The notes beneath the pieces are model-generated. The model saw only the letters and a program-made list of their open reading frames with translations. It was not told the DNA's origin and searched no databases. From sequence record NC_052658.1: a DNA stretch of 64,000 nt; one strand, 5' to 3'. Both the position numbers and the translations under genes were made by a program. This stretch comes from Escherichia phage nepoznato. Of the stretch, positions 46,588 through 55,889 are shown one piece after another. Within the stretch, counting starts at the first letter, position 1. Every line of letters starts with the position of its first letter.

Positions 46588-49500
46588 TGAGTAAGTTTAC
46601 ATGGGATATTGAAGCAAACGGATTGTTGAATAATGATACTATTGATTATTTAGCTAGTCCTTATCGTCTCAAAGACACATTTCAAATGCACTGTATTGTC
46701 TTAGAGAACCATGAAACAGGAGAAATAGTAGCTTTCCACGATGGCCCTAAATACATTTTTGATGGTCGTCCTTATGAAGAGTCAGATGATAAATATACAT
46801 ATGTTCTTAAAGAATATGTGGCGCAAGATTACACACATTTTCAACTAAAAGATTTCCCAGATTTTATTAATCATGAAGGTTATTTTAAAGACAAGCCTGA
46901 ATATTTGGTTGAAATGGCTGTGGCACACAACGGTATCAACTATGACTGGTTGGCTACAAAACTGTTTTATGGATTAGATTACAGTGTTAAATATAACACG
47001 TGGGGTAAAAGCAAGGTAAAACTTATTGACTCCTTAATTTTGAGTAAAGTGTTAAACCCAGATCGAAAGATTGAGGGCAAATCAGGACATAGTTTGGCAG
47101 CACTTTCTCGAAAGGCAGGCGGGGATGTAAAAATAGATTTCCGTAAAGAGATTCCAGAAGAAGATCGATTTAAGACTTTTGCTGCGGATATGCTTTATTA
47201 CTGTATCTATGATAACAAAGCCAACACAAGTGTATATAATTACCTCATGGAAGAATGGGGTGATTATGATAAATGGGAAGGTCCATTTGAACTTGAACAA
47301 CGTGTAGCAGACATTATCACGCGCCAGGAACACCGTGGGTTTGCTTTTAACATGAAGCAAGCAGAAGAGAACCTTGCTTTTTTGGATGCAGAAATGGAAC
47401 GTCTTCGTTTACTCGTTGAGCCTATTTTGCCACCTAAACCAGCAACAAAAGGTTATCTTAAAGCTTTTATTCCGCCTAAATTGCAAATTAAAAAGAACCT
47501 CGAACCAACTAACCATATGATCAATTTTGCTAAAAAACATGATGGTCATTTGGAAGAGAGGGATGGCGATTGGTGGTTAGTTATGTTGGGGAAAGAGTGG
47601 AAACTGCCAGTTGCAGCAGATGAGCCTTTGTGTGATCCTAATATCCCTGCAACATTGAACGATACAACCCATATTAAAAACTGGCTTGTAGGATTAGGTT
47701 GGGTACCGTCTGAATATAAAGATAAAGACTTGACTCTTAAATCTGGCACCAAGATTAAAAAGAGTGAGGAAGAACTTCAGAAAGGTATTCGAGCTTACAT
47801 TGAGCAAACTCTATCTTCTAATTTTTGTCAGGATCGTTGTGATCATCTGGAGTGCACACCGGAAACCTTGGAAAGGAAGATTCAAGAGCGTATAGCAAAA
47901 GGTAAAGGTCGCGGTCTTAAAGTATTGACTAACCCATGTTTTACCAAAGGTCAGGAAAAAGAAATTTGTCCTAACCTGCAAGCTTTGGGTGAGAAATTTC
48001 CTTATGCTACACAGATTGTAGAATACTTAACGTATAAACACCGTAGGAACTCTATTTTAGGTGGTGGTGCCGATTGGGAAGAAGACGAAGAAGATCAAGA
48101 ATACAACAAAGGTTTCTTGGCAGCAGTTCGTGCAGATGGACGTATACCTACGCCAGCGGCTACATGCGATGCAGCAACCTCTCGTATGAAGCATAGGTCT
48201 GTAGCCAATATTCCTCGTGTTACCTCTTTGTTTGGATGGCAGATGCGTAACCTGTTTGGTGTAGAGGTTCCTAAATACTTCCAGATTGGTTATGACTTTG
48301 ATTCATTAGAGGCGAAGATTGAGTCGCATTATACGTGGAGATATGATAATCCTGATCATGCTTACTGTAATGCACTTCTGTTAGAAAAACCAAACGATGT
48401 GCATACTATGATGGCAAAACATATTACTGATATTATTGGACGTAAGTTTGAACGTGGTCCTGCTAAGAGCGTTAAATACGGTTGTGTACCTGTAGATAAT
48501 ACGGAAGTGTTAACAAGAACGGGTTGGAAGAAACGTAAAGATCTTTTTGTAGGGGATGAAGTTTTATCTTATAATACTCACACCGCTCTTTACGAATATA
48601 CCCCTATTCTTAAGCTGTGGGACTATAACGATGCAGAAGTTGTCTCTCTCGGTAACAAGTGGTTCAAAGTAGAAGTTACTAACGATCATATGTGGATTAA
48701 CGCACAGAGAAAAACTATGCGATCAGATGGTAACAATGTTAAGTATATGCAAGTGGAGCGTAGATCTACAGAGGATTTAAACTCGGAGTCAAACATAATT
48801 GCAGCAGGGCGATCTGGTGTGGTGTCTACTCTAACAGTGGAAGAAGGTCGTTTCTTAGGCTGGCTTCTTTCGGATGGCTACTATAAGTGGTCTGGCAAAG
48901 CCAGAAATAAAGTAATGGGTATTACAGTCACGGTAGATCAAGATGAGAAAAAATTCTTAGAAGAAGCACGTGAGGCTGTGGGAGATATCTTCACATTTGA
49001 CGAGTATGTATCTGGAACGATGCATTCATTACGTCCTAATAAGAGTCAGTTTAGGGAATTTTTGACTAAATGTGGCGTTGAAGTGGGTCAAAATAAGCAC
49101 GAAGTGGACTGGTCTACATTAATTGCTAATCAAGGTCAAGCTGTGTTGGAAGCATTCTTAGAGGCATTCTGGATGGCAGATGGTCATAAGCGTCCAAACG
49201 GCAGTCTTGTTATCCGTCAAAAGAAAGGTAAGATTAGCGACGCTGTTTCTTTGGCTATCAATATGACAGGTAATATTGCGTATGGTTCTGTTCAAAAAGA
49301 TGGCATGTTAACGTTGGCAATCAATAACGGACAAACTATTTCAGGACAGAGGTTGACAAAAGCTTTTTCACGAGTAACAGATGTATTCTGTATCTCAACC
49401 AAGAATGAATCTTTTGTTATGCGTCAGAATGGTTTTATCACGTTGACAGGTAACTGCACGTACGGCGCTCAAGCAGACAAGGTTGCTAAAACAATTGGTA

Positions 49501-50156
49501 GCGATAAATACACAGGGCAACTGGTGTTCGATGCTTTCTGGGAAGCTGCATTCCCACTGGCGCGTCTTAAAGAACGTTTAAACGATTTCTGGGTTAAGAC
49601 TGGTAAACAGTATGTTTTGGGTATTGACGGTCGTAAGGTTCCTACTCGTTCTGCTCACGCGATTCTTAACTCTCTGTTCCAAAGTGGTGGGGTTATCTGT
49701 GCTAAACGTGCAATGGTTATTTATGACGACATGATCGAAGAAGAAGGGCTAAGTGTTGACTTCTTTAAAGATGACTGGAAGAATAAAGACTTCGTGCAAC
49801 AAATGATTGCATATCACGATGAAGCCCAGCTTGAAGTTTCTCGTAGCCTTGTAGAATTTAAATGGTTTTCACCTGAATCATTAGGTTGGAAGAAAGTAGA
49901 CGATCCTGAAGAACAAAAGAAAATTGATAAAGAATGCCTTGCTAAAGTTGAAGAATGGAAGCATAATAAGGAAAAAGAGACAGGGCAAATTTGGGCTAAC
50001 ATTCATGAATCTCCCAAAGGTGGATGGTTTACAGCCTATAGTCGGGCAGGTGAACTTGCTGCTTTAGCTGTTACTAAGGCTGGAGAATTTTACAATCTTA
50101 ATGTTCAGCTTACTGCCGGATATGATGTGGGTAACTCCTGGGCGAGCTGCCATTAG
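46587..50156 (+). CDS. Family A DNA polymerase with 3-prime to 5-prime exonuclease domain, interrupted by an intein
   Basis: Exo I DIEANG; motif A DFDSLEAKI; motif B PAKSVKYG/CTYG split by intein; motif C YHDE. Confidence 0.85.
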   Translation: MSKFTWDIEANGLLNNDTIDYLASPYRLKDTFQMHCIVLENHETGEIVAFHDGPKYIFDGRPYEESDDKYTYVLKEYVAQDYTHFQLKDFPDFINHEGYFKDKPEYLVEMAVAHNGINYDWLATKLFYGLDYSVKYNTWGKSKVKLIDSLILSKVLNPDRKIEGKSGHSLAALSRKAGGDVKIDFRKEIPEEDRFKTFAADMLYYCIYDNKANTSVYNYLMEEWGDYDKWEGPFELEQRVADIITRQEHRGFAFNMKQAEENLAFLDAEMERLRLLVEPILPPKPATKGYLKAFIPPKLQIKKNLEPTNHMINFAKKHDGHLEERDGDWWLVMLGKEWKLPVAADEPLCDPNIPATLNDTTHIKNWLVGLGWVPSEYKDKDLTLKSGTKIKKSEEELQKGIRAYIEQTLSSNFCQDRCDHLECTPETLERKIQERIAKGKGRGLKVLTNPCFTKGQEKEICPNLQALGEKFPYATQIVEYLTYKHRRNSILGGGADWEEDEEDQEYNKGFLAAVRADGRIPTPAATCDAATSRMKHRSVANIPRVTSLFGWQMRNLFGVEVPKYFQIGYDFDSLEAKIESHYTWRYDNPDHAYCNALLLEKPNDVHTMMAKHITDIIGRKFERGPAKSVKYGCVPVDNTEVLTRTGWKKRKDLFVGDEVLSYNTHTALYEYTPILKLWDYNDAEVVSLGNKWFKVEVTNDHMWINAQRKTMRSDGNNVKYMQVERRSTEDLNSESNIIAAGRSGVVSTLTVEEGRFLGWLLSDGYYKWSGKARNKVMGITVTVDQDEKKFLEEAREAVGDIFTFDEYVSGTMHSLRPNKSQFREFLTKCGVEVGQNKHEVDWSTLIANQGQAVLEAFLEAFWMADGHKRPNGSLVIRQKKGKISDAVSLAINMTGNIAYGSVQKDGMLTLAINNGQTISGQRLTKAFSRVTDVFCISTKNESFVMRQNGFITLTGNCTYGAQADKVAKTIGSDKYTGQLVFDAFWEAAFPLARLKERLNDFWVKTGKQYVLGIDGRKVPTRSAHAILNSLFQSGGVICAKRAMVIYDDMIEEEGLSVDFFKDDWKNKDFVQQMIAYHDEAQLEVSRSLVEFKWFSPESLGWKKVDDPEEQKKIDKECLAKVEEWKHNKEKETGQIWANIHESPKGGWFTAYSRAGELAALAVTKAGEFYNLNVQLTAGYDVGNSWASCH
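48483..49454 (+). mobile_element. Intein (about 324 aa) with LAGLIDADG homing endonuclease domain, in polymerase motif B
   Basis: Starts CVPVDNTEVLT; LGWLLSDGY and LEAFWMADGH blocks; ends TLTGN before Cys; coordinates approximate. Confidence 0.7.
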
Positions 50157-50173
50157 TTAACTCATTGTTTTAT

Positions 50174-50195
50174 AAGGGGCTTCTGCCCCTTTATA
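50174..50195 (+). terminator. Rho-independent terminator AAGGGGC-TTCT-GCCCCTT
   Basis: Direct reading. Confidence 0.65.
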
Positions 50196-50204
50196 GGAGG
50201 AGAT

Positions 50205-50396
50205 ATGCATTACGATTTAGACTGTCTTGGTATGCCTTACCTACCAGATGAATTTGAAGGTGAAGAAGAACGTGAATGGGACGATGGGGATATCCGTTGT
50301 TGGTCTTGTGGTAAAGATATGTCTTATGAACAGCATATGCACAACGATGGCTACTGCATACATTGCTATAATGAAATTGATCTGGAGGAAGATTAA
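50205..50396 (+). CDS. Small acidic zinc-ribbon protein (63 aa)
   Basis: CWSCG...CIHCY; RBS AGGAGGAG. Confidence 0.55.
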   Translation: MHYDLDCLGMPYLPDEFEGEEEREWDDGDIRCWSCGKDMSYEQHMHNDGYCIHCYNEIDLEED

Positions 50397-50563
50397 TGGG
50401 AAATGGTATCATGATTTGCTATAAAATTGTGCGTATTGTCGGAGACGAAATTACCACTCGGTATTTTATGATAGAGTCTCAAGCCGATGATGTTTACAAT
50501 GACTGGCTTGAAAAAGGTGGATACGATTTTGTATCTAAAGAAACTTTCCGTTTAGAAGTATAA
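50396..50563 (+). CDS. Hypothetical small protein, about 55 aa, not in the ORF track
   Basis: TAATG overlap; ends before RBS of next gene. Confidence 0.4.
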   Translation: MGNGIMICYKIVRIVGDEITTRYFMIESQADDVYNDWLEKGGYDFVSKETFRLEV

Positions 50564-50573
50564 GGAGAAAACA

Positions 50574-50792
50574 ATGCGTAAATTAGTGAGCTTTAATGTT
50601 TCAATTCTTGTTGATGAACAAAATGAAGATGTTATTAAAGGTCTTGCAAATAAGATTGAAGGTGGAATGACGGAAGCAGAAGTATGGGAAGAATGTGCTC
50701 GACTTTATGAGGAAGGTGTTATTGAGGTCTTGGGGGATGAGATTAATATGGACGATGTTGTAAAAGTAACTGTGGAGCGTATCCATGACTAA
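50574..50792 (+). CDS. Hypothetical acidic protein (72 aa)
   Basis: RBS AAGGAGAAAA. Confidence 0.55.
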   Translation: MRKLVSFNVSILVDEQNEDVIKGLANKIEGGMTEAEVWEECARLYEEGVIEVLGDEINMDDVVKVTVERIHD

Positions 50793-51378
50793 ATCAAAAC
50801 AAATCAATATTGCCAAAGAAATTCTTACCGTATTAAAGATTGCTGATCCTAATTCTGTCTTGGCTGGCGGCGCTGTTCGTGATTGGCGTATTCTTGATAT
50901 TGCTGGACGTGATCTGGATTTTTACACGTCTCTTCCTGCACATCGATCAGAAGAGCAAATACAAGAATTGATTGCATCTGCTTTGATGGGAACTAATGTT
51001 CGTAAATTAGGAAACAAAGAGGCTTCTGACAATTATGAGGGTGTTACTGGTCTTAAACACGTTTTTGAGTTTGAACATGATGGTCAGCTTTGCAACCTTA
51101 TGATTATGGAACCAAGCGTAATGACAACCTTTCTAAATGAGTTTGATCTGTCCATCTGCCAGGCTGCATTTGATGGGAAGGATTGCTATTATTCTAAAGA
51201 TTTTGAAACAACCTTGGAAACAGGGATCTGCTTCTTGCACAAAGATGTTAGAGAAGATGCCAAACACGTTATTAAAATTGCTACACGTTTCCCATATCTT
51301 CGTTTTGTGAAAGAGGTTAAGGTTCCACGTCCACCTCAAGTAGATACCAGATTGGAAGAAGATGATATTCCTTGGTAA
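50785..51378 (+). CDS. Nucleotidyltransferase (CCA-adding/poly(A) polymerase head-domain-like)
   Basis: GGAVRDWRILDIAGRDLDF. Confidence 0.5.
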   Translation: MTKSKQINIAKEILTVLKIADPNSVLAGGAVRDWRILDIAGRDLDFYTSLPAHRSEEQIQELIASALMGTNVRKLGNKEASDNYEGVTGLKHVFEFEHDGQLCNLMIMEPSVMTTFLNEFDLSICQAAFDGKDCYYSKDFETTLETGICFLHKDVREDAKHVIKIATRFPYLRFVKEVKVPRPPQVDTRLEEDDIPW

Positions 51379-51423
51379 TTAAAGCTTGACAATATTAAAC
51401 ATTTTATGATAGGATAGCATTCA

Positions 51424-51816
51424 ATGACTGAACGTTCTAAGATAGCTGTTGAAACTGTTTATGGAAACTACACCAGTTTGACACTAGTTGAGAAAAATGT
51501 TGTAGGTCTTGACAACTCTTTTTATTTTCAAATTTTGGTTATTCAAGGTGGAAACAAGAAGCTAACTGCTCGTGTCGAAACATCTGAAATAATTGAAACC
51601 ACTGTTACAAACAAAGAATTCATTTCACTGCAAGATACAATCCGAAACGTTATAGACGAAGAAGGCAAAGCTGCCACAATTAAACTCGGAGGTTTCCCAG
51701 TGCAAATAGTTCATTTTCCTAATGGTGAAATTGGAGTTGGAATAGGTAAAGGTAAATACCTGTTAGAGCAAGATGATATGGAAAGACTCCGCTCTTTCTG
51801 TGCAAAATTAATGTAA
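51424..51816 (+). CDS. Hypothetical protein (130 aa)
   Basis: ORF. Confidence 0.55.
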   Translation: MTERSKIAVETVYGNYTSLTLVEKNVVGLDNSFYFQILVIQGGNKKLTARVETSEIIETTVTNKEFISLQDTIRNVIDEEGKAATIKLGGFPVQIVHFPNGEIGVGIGKGKYLLEQDDMERLRSFCAKLM

Positions 51817-51832
51817 TATAGAGGAGATAATA

Positions 51833-52720
51833 ATGTCCATAATTAATACTGAAACTGATCGTAAAGGCAAAACCGTAACTTATGCAACTGGTATCGTAGA
51901 CTACGTTAAACTGGATAAATTCGCTGAACCTAAAACTTTTCATTGGGAAGGAAAAACGATTGTTTCAACTCACCGAGCTTCTCTTGTTCTGAAAGAGAAA
52001 GGTGCTAAACCAGAGGAGAAAGGTGTTTGGATTTCTCTTGGTGATATTGAACTGAAAGAAGGTTATGAAAACCTGCAAGTTAAAGAAGGTGATAACTGGA
52101 TCACTATTGAAAAAGGTGTAGAAGTAAGTATTGATATTGATCGCGTTGACAATAAAGGCGGTAAAACTTACTACAATACTAAAAAATCTCGTATTACAGT
52201 ATTGTCTACCGATGGTGTTCAGAAGTCTAACAAATCTTCTGGCAATAAGGGTTCCAACGATGCTGCTCCTAAACAGTCCTATAAAAAACGTGATACTGTA
52301 GGTCTGGAAACTGGTCACGCAGTAAATGGTGCGCTGGAACTGATTCGTAATGGTGTTAAAGGCGATGCTTTTGATATCGCTGGGGTTGTTCAATCTGCGA
52401 CTGTCACGTTGAAATCGGAAATTGCTGAATCTCGTGGCGTTGATATTAATGATTATGATCTTGGGGCAGCTGTTGGTCACGCTATTCTCAATGCTTGTAA
52501 AGACCATACCATTAAGACTGTCTCTGTAGAAGATCTGATTGATTCTGCTCGTAAAGTTCTGGCTCTGTCTGATAAAGTTGCTGCTGCCATTCGTGGTTCC
52601 GCAGAACAACCTAAGAAAGAAGAGAAGAAAGAAGTTAAAAAGCCTGAACCACAACCAGAACCAACTCCAAGCAATCAAGAAGAACCTCCAATGGACTTCG
52701 ATGATAATATTCCTTTTTGA
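51833..52720 (+). CDS. Single-stranded DNA-binding protein-like
   Basis: C-terminal acidic tail ending DFDDNIPF (E. coli SSB ends DDDIPF). Confidence 0.5.
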   Translation: MSIINTETDRKGKTVTYATGIVDYVKLDKFAEPKTFHWEGKTIVSTHRASLVLKEKGAKPEEKGVWISLGDIELKEGYENLQVKEGDNWITIEKGVEVSIDIDRVDNKGGKTYYNTKKSRITVLSTDGVQKSNKSSGNKGSNDAAPKQSYKKRDTVGLETGHAVNGALELIRNGVKGDAFDIAGVVQSATVTLKSEIAESRGVDINDYDLGAAVGHAILNACKDHTIKTVSVEDLIDSARKVLALSDKVAAAIRGSAEQPKKEEKKEVKKPEPQPEPTPSNQEEPPMDFDDNIPF

Positions 52721-53148
52721 TCAGTAAGTTATGCTCGTGTTGTGGGGCTGAAAAGCCCCTCAACATGTTCCAAGTAAGGAAGGCTTCTAAAGATGGCTAT
52801 ACGGCATCCTGTAAAGCTTGCTTAAAAGAACGTGACCGTATACGAGATCAAGACCCTAATCGTAAAGCAGCAAAAGAAAAGTATGTAAAGGGAAAAGGAA
52901 AGGATAAAGCAGACGCGGCTAAAAAACGTTGGCAAGAAAAGAATCCCAAGAAGCGTAGTGTTCACGTTTTAGTTGGCAACGCACTCCGAGATGGAAAGTT
53001 AGTAAAACAACCTTGCCAAGTGTGTGGGTCTGTTGATGTTCATGCTCATCATTGTGATTATGATAAACCGTTAGATGTTCTATGGCTGTGTCCTCTGCAC
53101 CATGAAGCTTGGCATCAAGAACATGGGGAAGGGTTGAACGCTGAATAA
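52717..53148 (+). CDS. HNH endonuclease with N-terminal zinc ribbon; probable TTG start
   Basis: CQVCGS...HAHHCDY...LWLCPLHHEAWH. Confidence 0.65.
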   Translation: MISKLCSCCGAEKPLNMFQVRKASKDGYTASCKACLKERDRIRDQDPNRKAAKEKYVKGKGKDKADAAKKRWQEKNPKKRSVHVLVGNALRDGKLVKQPCQVCGSVDVHAHHCDYDKPLDVLWLCPLHHEAWHQEHGEGLNAE

Positions 53149-53182
53149 AAGAAAGGAGCCAAATGGCTCCTTTTCTTATTTA
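53147..53182. terminator. Bidirectional terminator GGAGCC-AAAT-GGCTCC between convergent genes
   Basis: T-rich flanks on both strands. Confidence 0.7.
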
Positions 53183-55848
53183 TAATTGGAAGGAATGTTG
53201 TTATAATCAGAAAGTTTTGTGCAATACCTGAATAGGTAACTATTAGCTACTCCGCCTAATGTATTTGTTAATGTTGTTCCTGTTCCTGTAAGATTTGTGC
53301 ATCCACTAAAGAAAGAAGATAATGCTCCACGTTTACCACAAACAGTTAACCCTGGGTTGTCATTAAAGATCTTATTAAAATCTGTAAGTCCTAAACAACC
53401 TTGGAATGTAGCTGTTAAAGAGGTCACTTTCGTTGGAATATTATCAAACATTCCTGCTGGAACTTCTGCAAGAGAGGTGCAATCTTTAAAGGTGTAAGAA
53501 TATCTTGTAACTTTTGACAGATTCTTAAATAAATCTGAAGGAATAGATGTTAAAGATGTACAACCTTCAAACGTGCTTGACATTGTTGTCATTGAAGGAA
53601 ATAAAGCATCACTGAATAATCCTTCAGGGATAGCTGTCAAACTTGTGCAGCCAGAGAAGATACCGCTTATAGATGTTCCGGTGTAAGATGTGTTACTAAA
53701 ACAATCAGAAGTTATTCGTCTTAAGTTAGCACAACCTTTTAAGAATTGTGAGGCTGGGCTTGTAGAATAACTAATTCTATTACCGCCCCAAAGTTCTAAA
53801 AGACTTTGGTTTGCTTCCATAGACACTTCCACACTATTAACTACGGAAGCACTTGCAAATTCAATAGCCAGTCTGTATTCTCCTGCTGGATAACTATCCA
53901 CTGTAGAGAAAGCTTTGTTTCTAAATATTACCTTACTTGAAGGAACTACAACGTCATCCACCTTAACTACAAAGTTAGCTGGTGCGACAGTACCCGATAA
54001 AGTTGGGAACGTAATCGCCCCATCTGCCGAGTGGTTGAAATATCCGTTTAGAACCGTTAAACTACTACTCGGAGATGGAGCTAACTCCTTTCCCGCAACA
54101 GCGTTCACCGTTAAATAAGAACTATCAGAAGCGGTAACAACACCTTGATACGTAGCTGTGCAACCAATCCTACAACCACCATCACCAACACCAGTTATTA
54201 CACCAGTTGTAGGATCTACTGTAGCAACATTAGGATCTGTAGTTGTATACTCAACAACCATACCAGGTAAGCTTGCTGCTCCTGTTGGCGTTATTTCTGC
54301 TACTATTGTTTGTGTTGTTCCTACATCCATCGCAGATAAGCTAGGGGTGTAAACGCTCAATGTTGAAGCATATCCTCTAGAGGTATCTGATAAAGTTGTT
54401 CCTTCAGCGTTTAAGGCTGTCATACCTGCATCAAAACCACCTTCTGCTTGGAAAGTCATTAAGCCAGTAGATGATATTGTCATGTTTGCAGGGGCAGAAG
54501 AAGTGTATTTAATATTGAAAAGTTTACCTCCTTCTGGGCTAACAGAATGTGTCAACTGTTTAGTTCCACCTACAATACAAATTCCTAAAGAATCTGTAGT
54601 TAAGCTAGTTGCCAGCACATCACCCGTAATCACGGAGCTTGCTATTGGTGTGAATTTATTATAGTTTAGACCACTATTGAACAGATATGACGCTTTCCCA
54701 TCTTTCCAAATACCGGAATAATACATATCTCCATTATAAACGAAAAAGGTTCCTTGATAACCTAATTGGTTAGTAACATCCATATTCAGCGTATGAACGC
54801 TTGTGAGCTTGTTTATATCCCAGGCACCCACTCCTTCAGGTTTAACTGGTTTTCCCACTTGGAGTGGATCTCCGCTCGCAGAATCATACCCCAAACCTAA
54901 GTTTGCCGTATAGTTCTTACCAATAGCCCACAAGGAATTATTAATCCCAACGAAAAAAGAGTGGCGGCTTGGTGGAAACTTCCATGTTGAGAAACCTGCT
55001 GCAAAGGTATCCAGTTTAGTGTAGGTTGTTTCTGTATTAGACCTAACATATAAGTAGTTTACTGTACCCGTGCCGCCGGAGGTATCTCCTACAACTATTG
55101 TCTGGGAAACTGTATTGATGTAATCTTTGACATACACTGTTTCAGTAGCGGATATTTTGGCATTGACAAAAGCTGTTGTTGTGTTATTATTACCTGCTAA
55201 ACCTTTACTAGCTCCACAAACACGCAAGGTTCCCACATTGTTGACATAAGAGCATTGGTTGTAGCCTGCATCAAAAGCAACTGCTGCACTTGTTATCTGA
55301 CGAGGAGTAGAAACTTCGTTAGTAGTACTTGCACCTAAACTGCCTACTGTGTTTTGACCTGATCCATAAAGAACACCACTATTCATTAACCAGAGAGTGT
55401 TGTTATATCCTCCCTTAACCTCTTTAAGATTGGCTAAAGAGATAGTCCCTGTTATTACAGATGGAAAGCTGGTCCAAGTAGTTACACATGCATCCATACC
55501 ACCTGCTGCTATAGATCCTACCAACCCTGCTGTCAATCCTGAATATTGCCATCCCCCACTGTTAGTTTTAATAACAAAACAACGATCTGCGGTAAACACA
55601 TCCGCTACTACAGTAGAAGCTAAGTGGAAATTATTGAATCGTGCACTACGAGTTCCATCTGCAATCTCACCAAAAAGGTTTGCGCCTTGAGTAAACAATC
55701 TACCATCATTAAGCAAAATTGCTAAACTGCTATTAGAATTACCAGCATTATCTGGGTAATCTAAAGTGATTACTTTTTTAACAATACCTGCTGGCAGAGG
55801 AACGACACCAGTGCTGGTCATAATAGTAAATATTGGAATTGGAAACAT
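53176..55848 (-). CDS. Tail fiber/adhesin with RCC1-like repeats, Ig-like region and C-terminal BspA-type leucine-rich repeats
   Basis: Repeats GCTSLTSIPSDLF / GCTSLTAIPEGLF / DCTSLAEVPAGMF. Confidence 0.5.
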   Translation of the reverse strand: MFPIPIFTIMTSTGVVPLPAGIVKKVITLDYPDNAGNSNSSLAILLNDGRLFTQGANLFGEIADGTRSARFNNFHLASTVVADVFTADRCFVIKTNSGGWQYSGLTAGLVGSIAAGGMDACVTTWTSFPSVITGTISLANLKEVKGGYNNTLWLMNSGVLYGSGQNTVGSLGASTTNEVSTPRQITSAAVAFDAGYNQCSYVNNVGTLRVCGASKGLAGNNNTTTAFVNAKISATETVYVKDYINTVSQTIVVGDTSGGTGTVNYLYVRSNTETTYTKLDTFAAGFSTWKFPPSRHSFFVGINNSLWAIGKNYTANLGLGYDSASGDPLQVGKPVKPEGVGAWDINKLTSVHTLNMDVTNQLGYQGTFFVYNGDMYYSGIWKDGKASYLFNSGLNYNKFTPIASSVITGDVLATSLTTDSLGICIVGGTKQLTHSVSPEGGKLFNIKYTSSAPANMTISSTGLMTFQAEGGFDAGMTALNAEGTTLSDTSRGYASTLSVYTPSLSAMDVGTTQTIVAEITPTGAASLPGMVVEYTTTDPNVATVDPTTGVITGVGDGGCRIGCTATYQGVVTASDSSYLTVNAVAGKELAPSPSSSLTVLNGYFNHSADGAITFPTLSGTVAPANFVVKVDDVVVPSSKVIFRNKAFSTVDSYPAGEYRLAIEFASASVVNSVEVSMEANQSLLELWGGNRISYSTSPASQFLKGCANLRRITSDCFSNTSYTGTSISGIFSGCTSLTAIPEGLFSDALFPSMTTMSSTFEGCTSLTSIPSDLFKNLSKVTRYSYTFKDCTSLAEVPAGMFDNIPTKVTSLTATFQGCLGLTDFNKIFNDNPGLTVCGKRGALSSFFSGCTNLTGTGTTLTNTLGGVANSYLFRYCTKLSDYNNIPSNYK

Positions 55849-55865
55849 TTAAACCCTCCATAAAA

Positions 55866-55888
55866 AGAAAGCCCCTTTCGGGGCTTCT
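55866..55888 (-). terminator. Hairpin AAGCCCC-TTTC-GGGGCTT with T-rich tail on minus strand
   Basis: Direct reading. Confidence 0.55.
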
Positions 55889-55889
55889 G

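Noticed and set aside
51965-52678. 237-aa ORF on the minus strand
   Set aside because: Antisense inside the SSB-like gene; low-complexity translation; shadow ORF
52745-52765. Hairpin GGGGCT-GAAA-AGCCCC resembling a terminator
   Set aside because: It lies inside the HNH endonuclease coding sequence just after the TTG start, and no T-run follows
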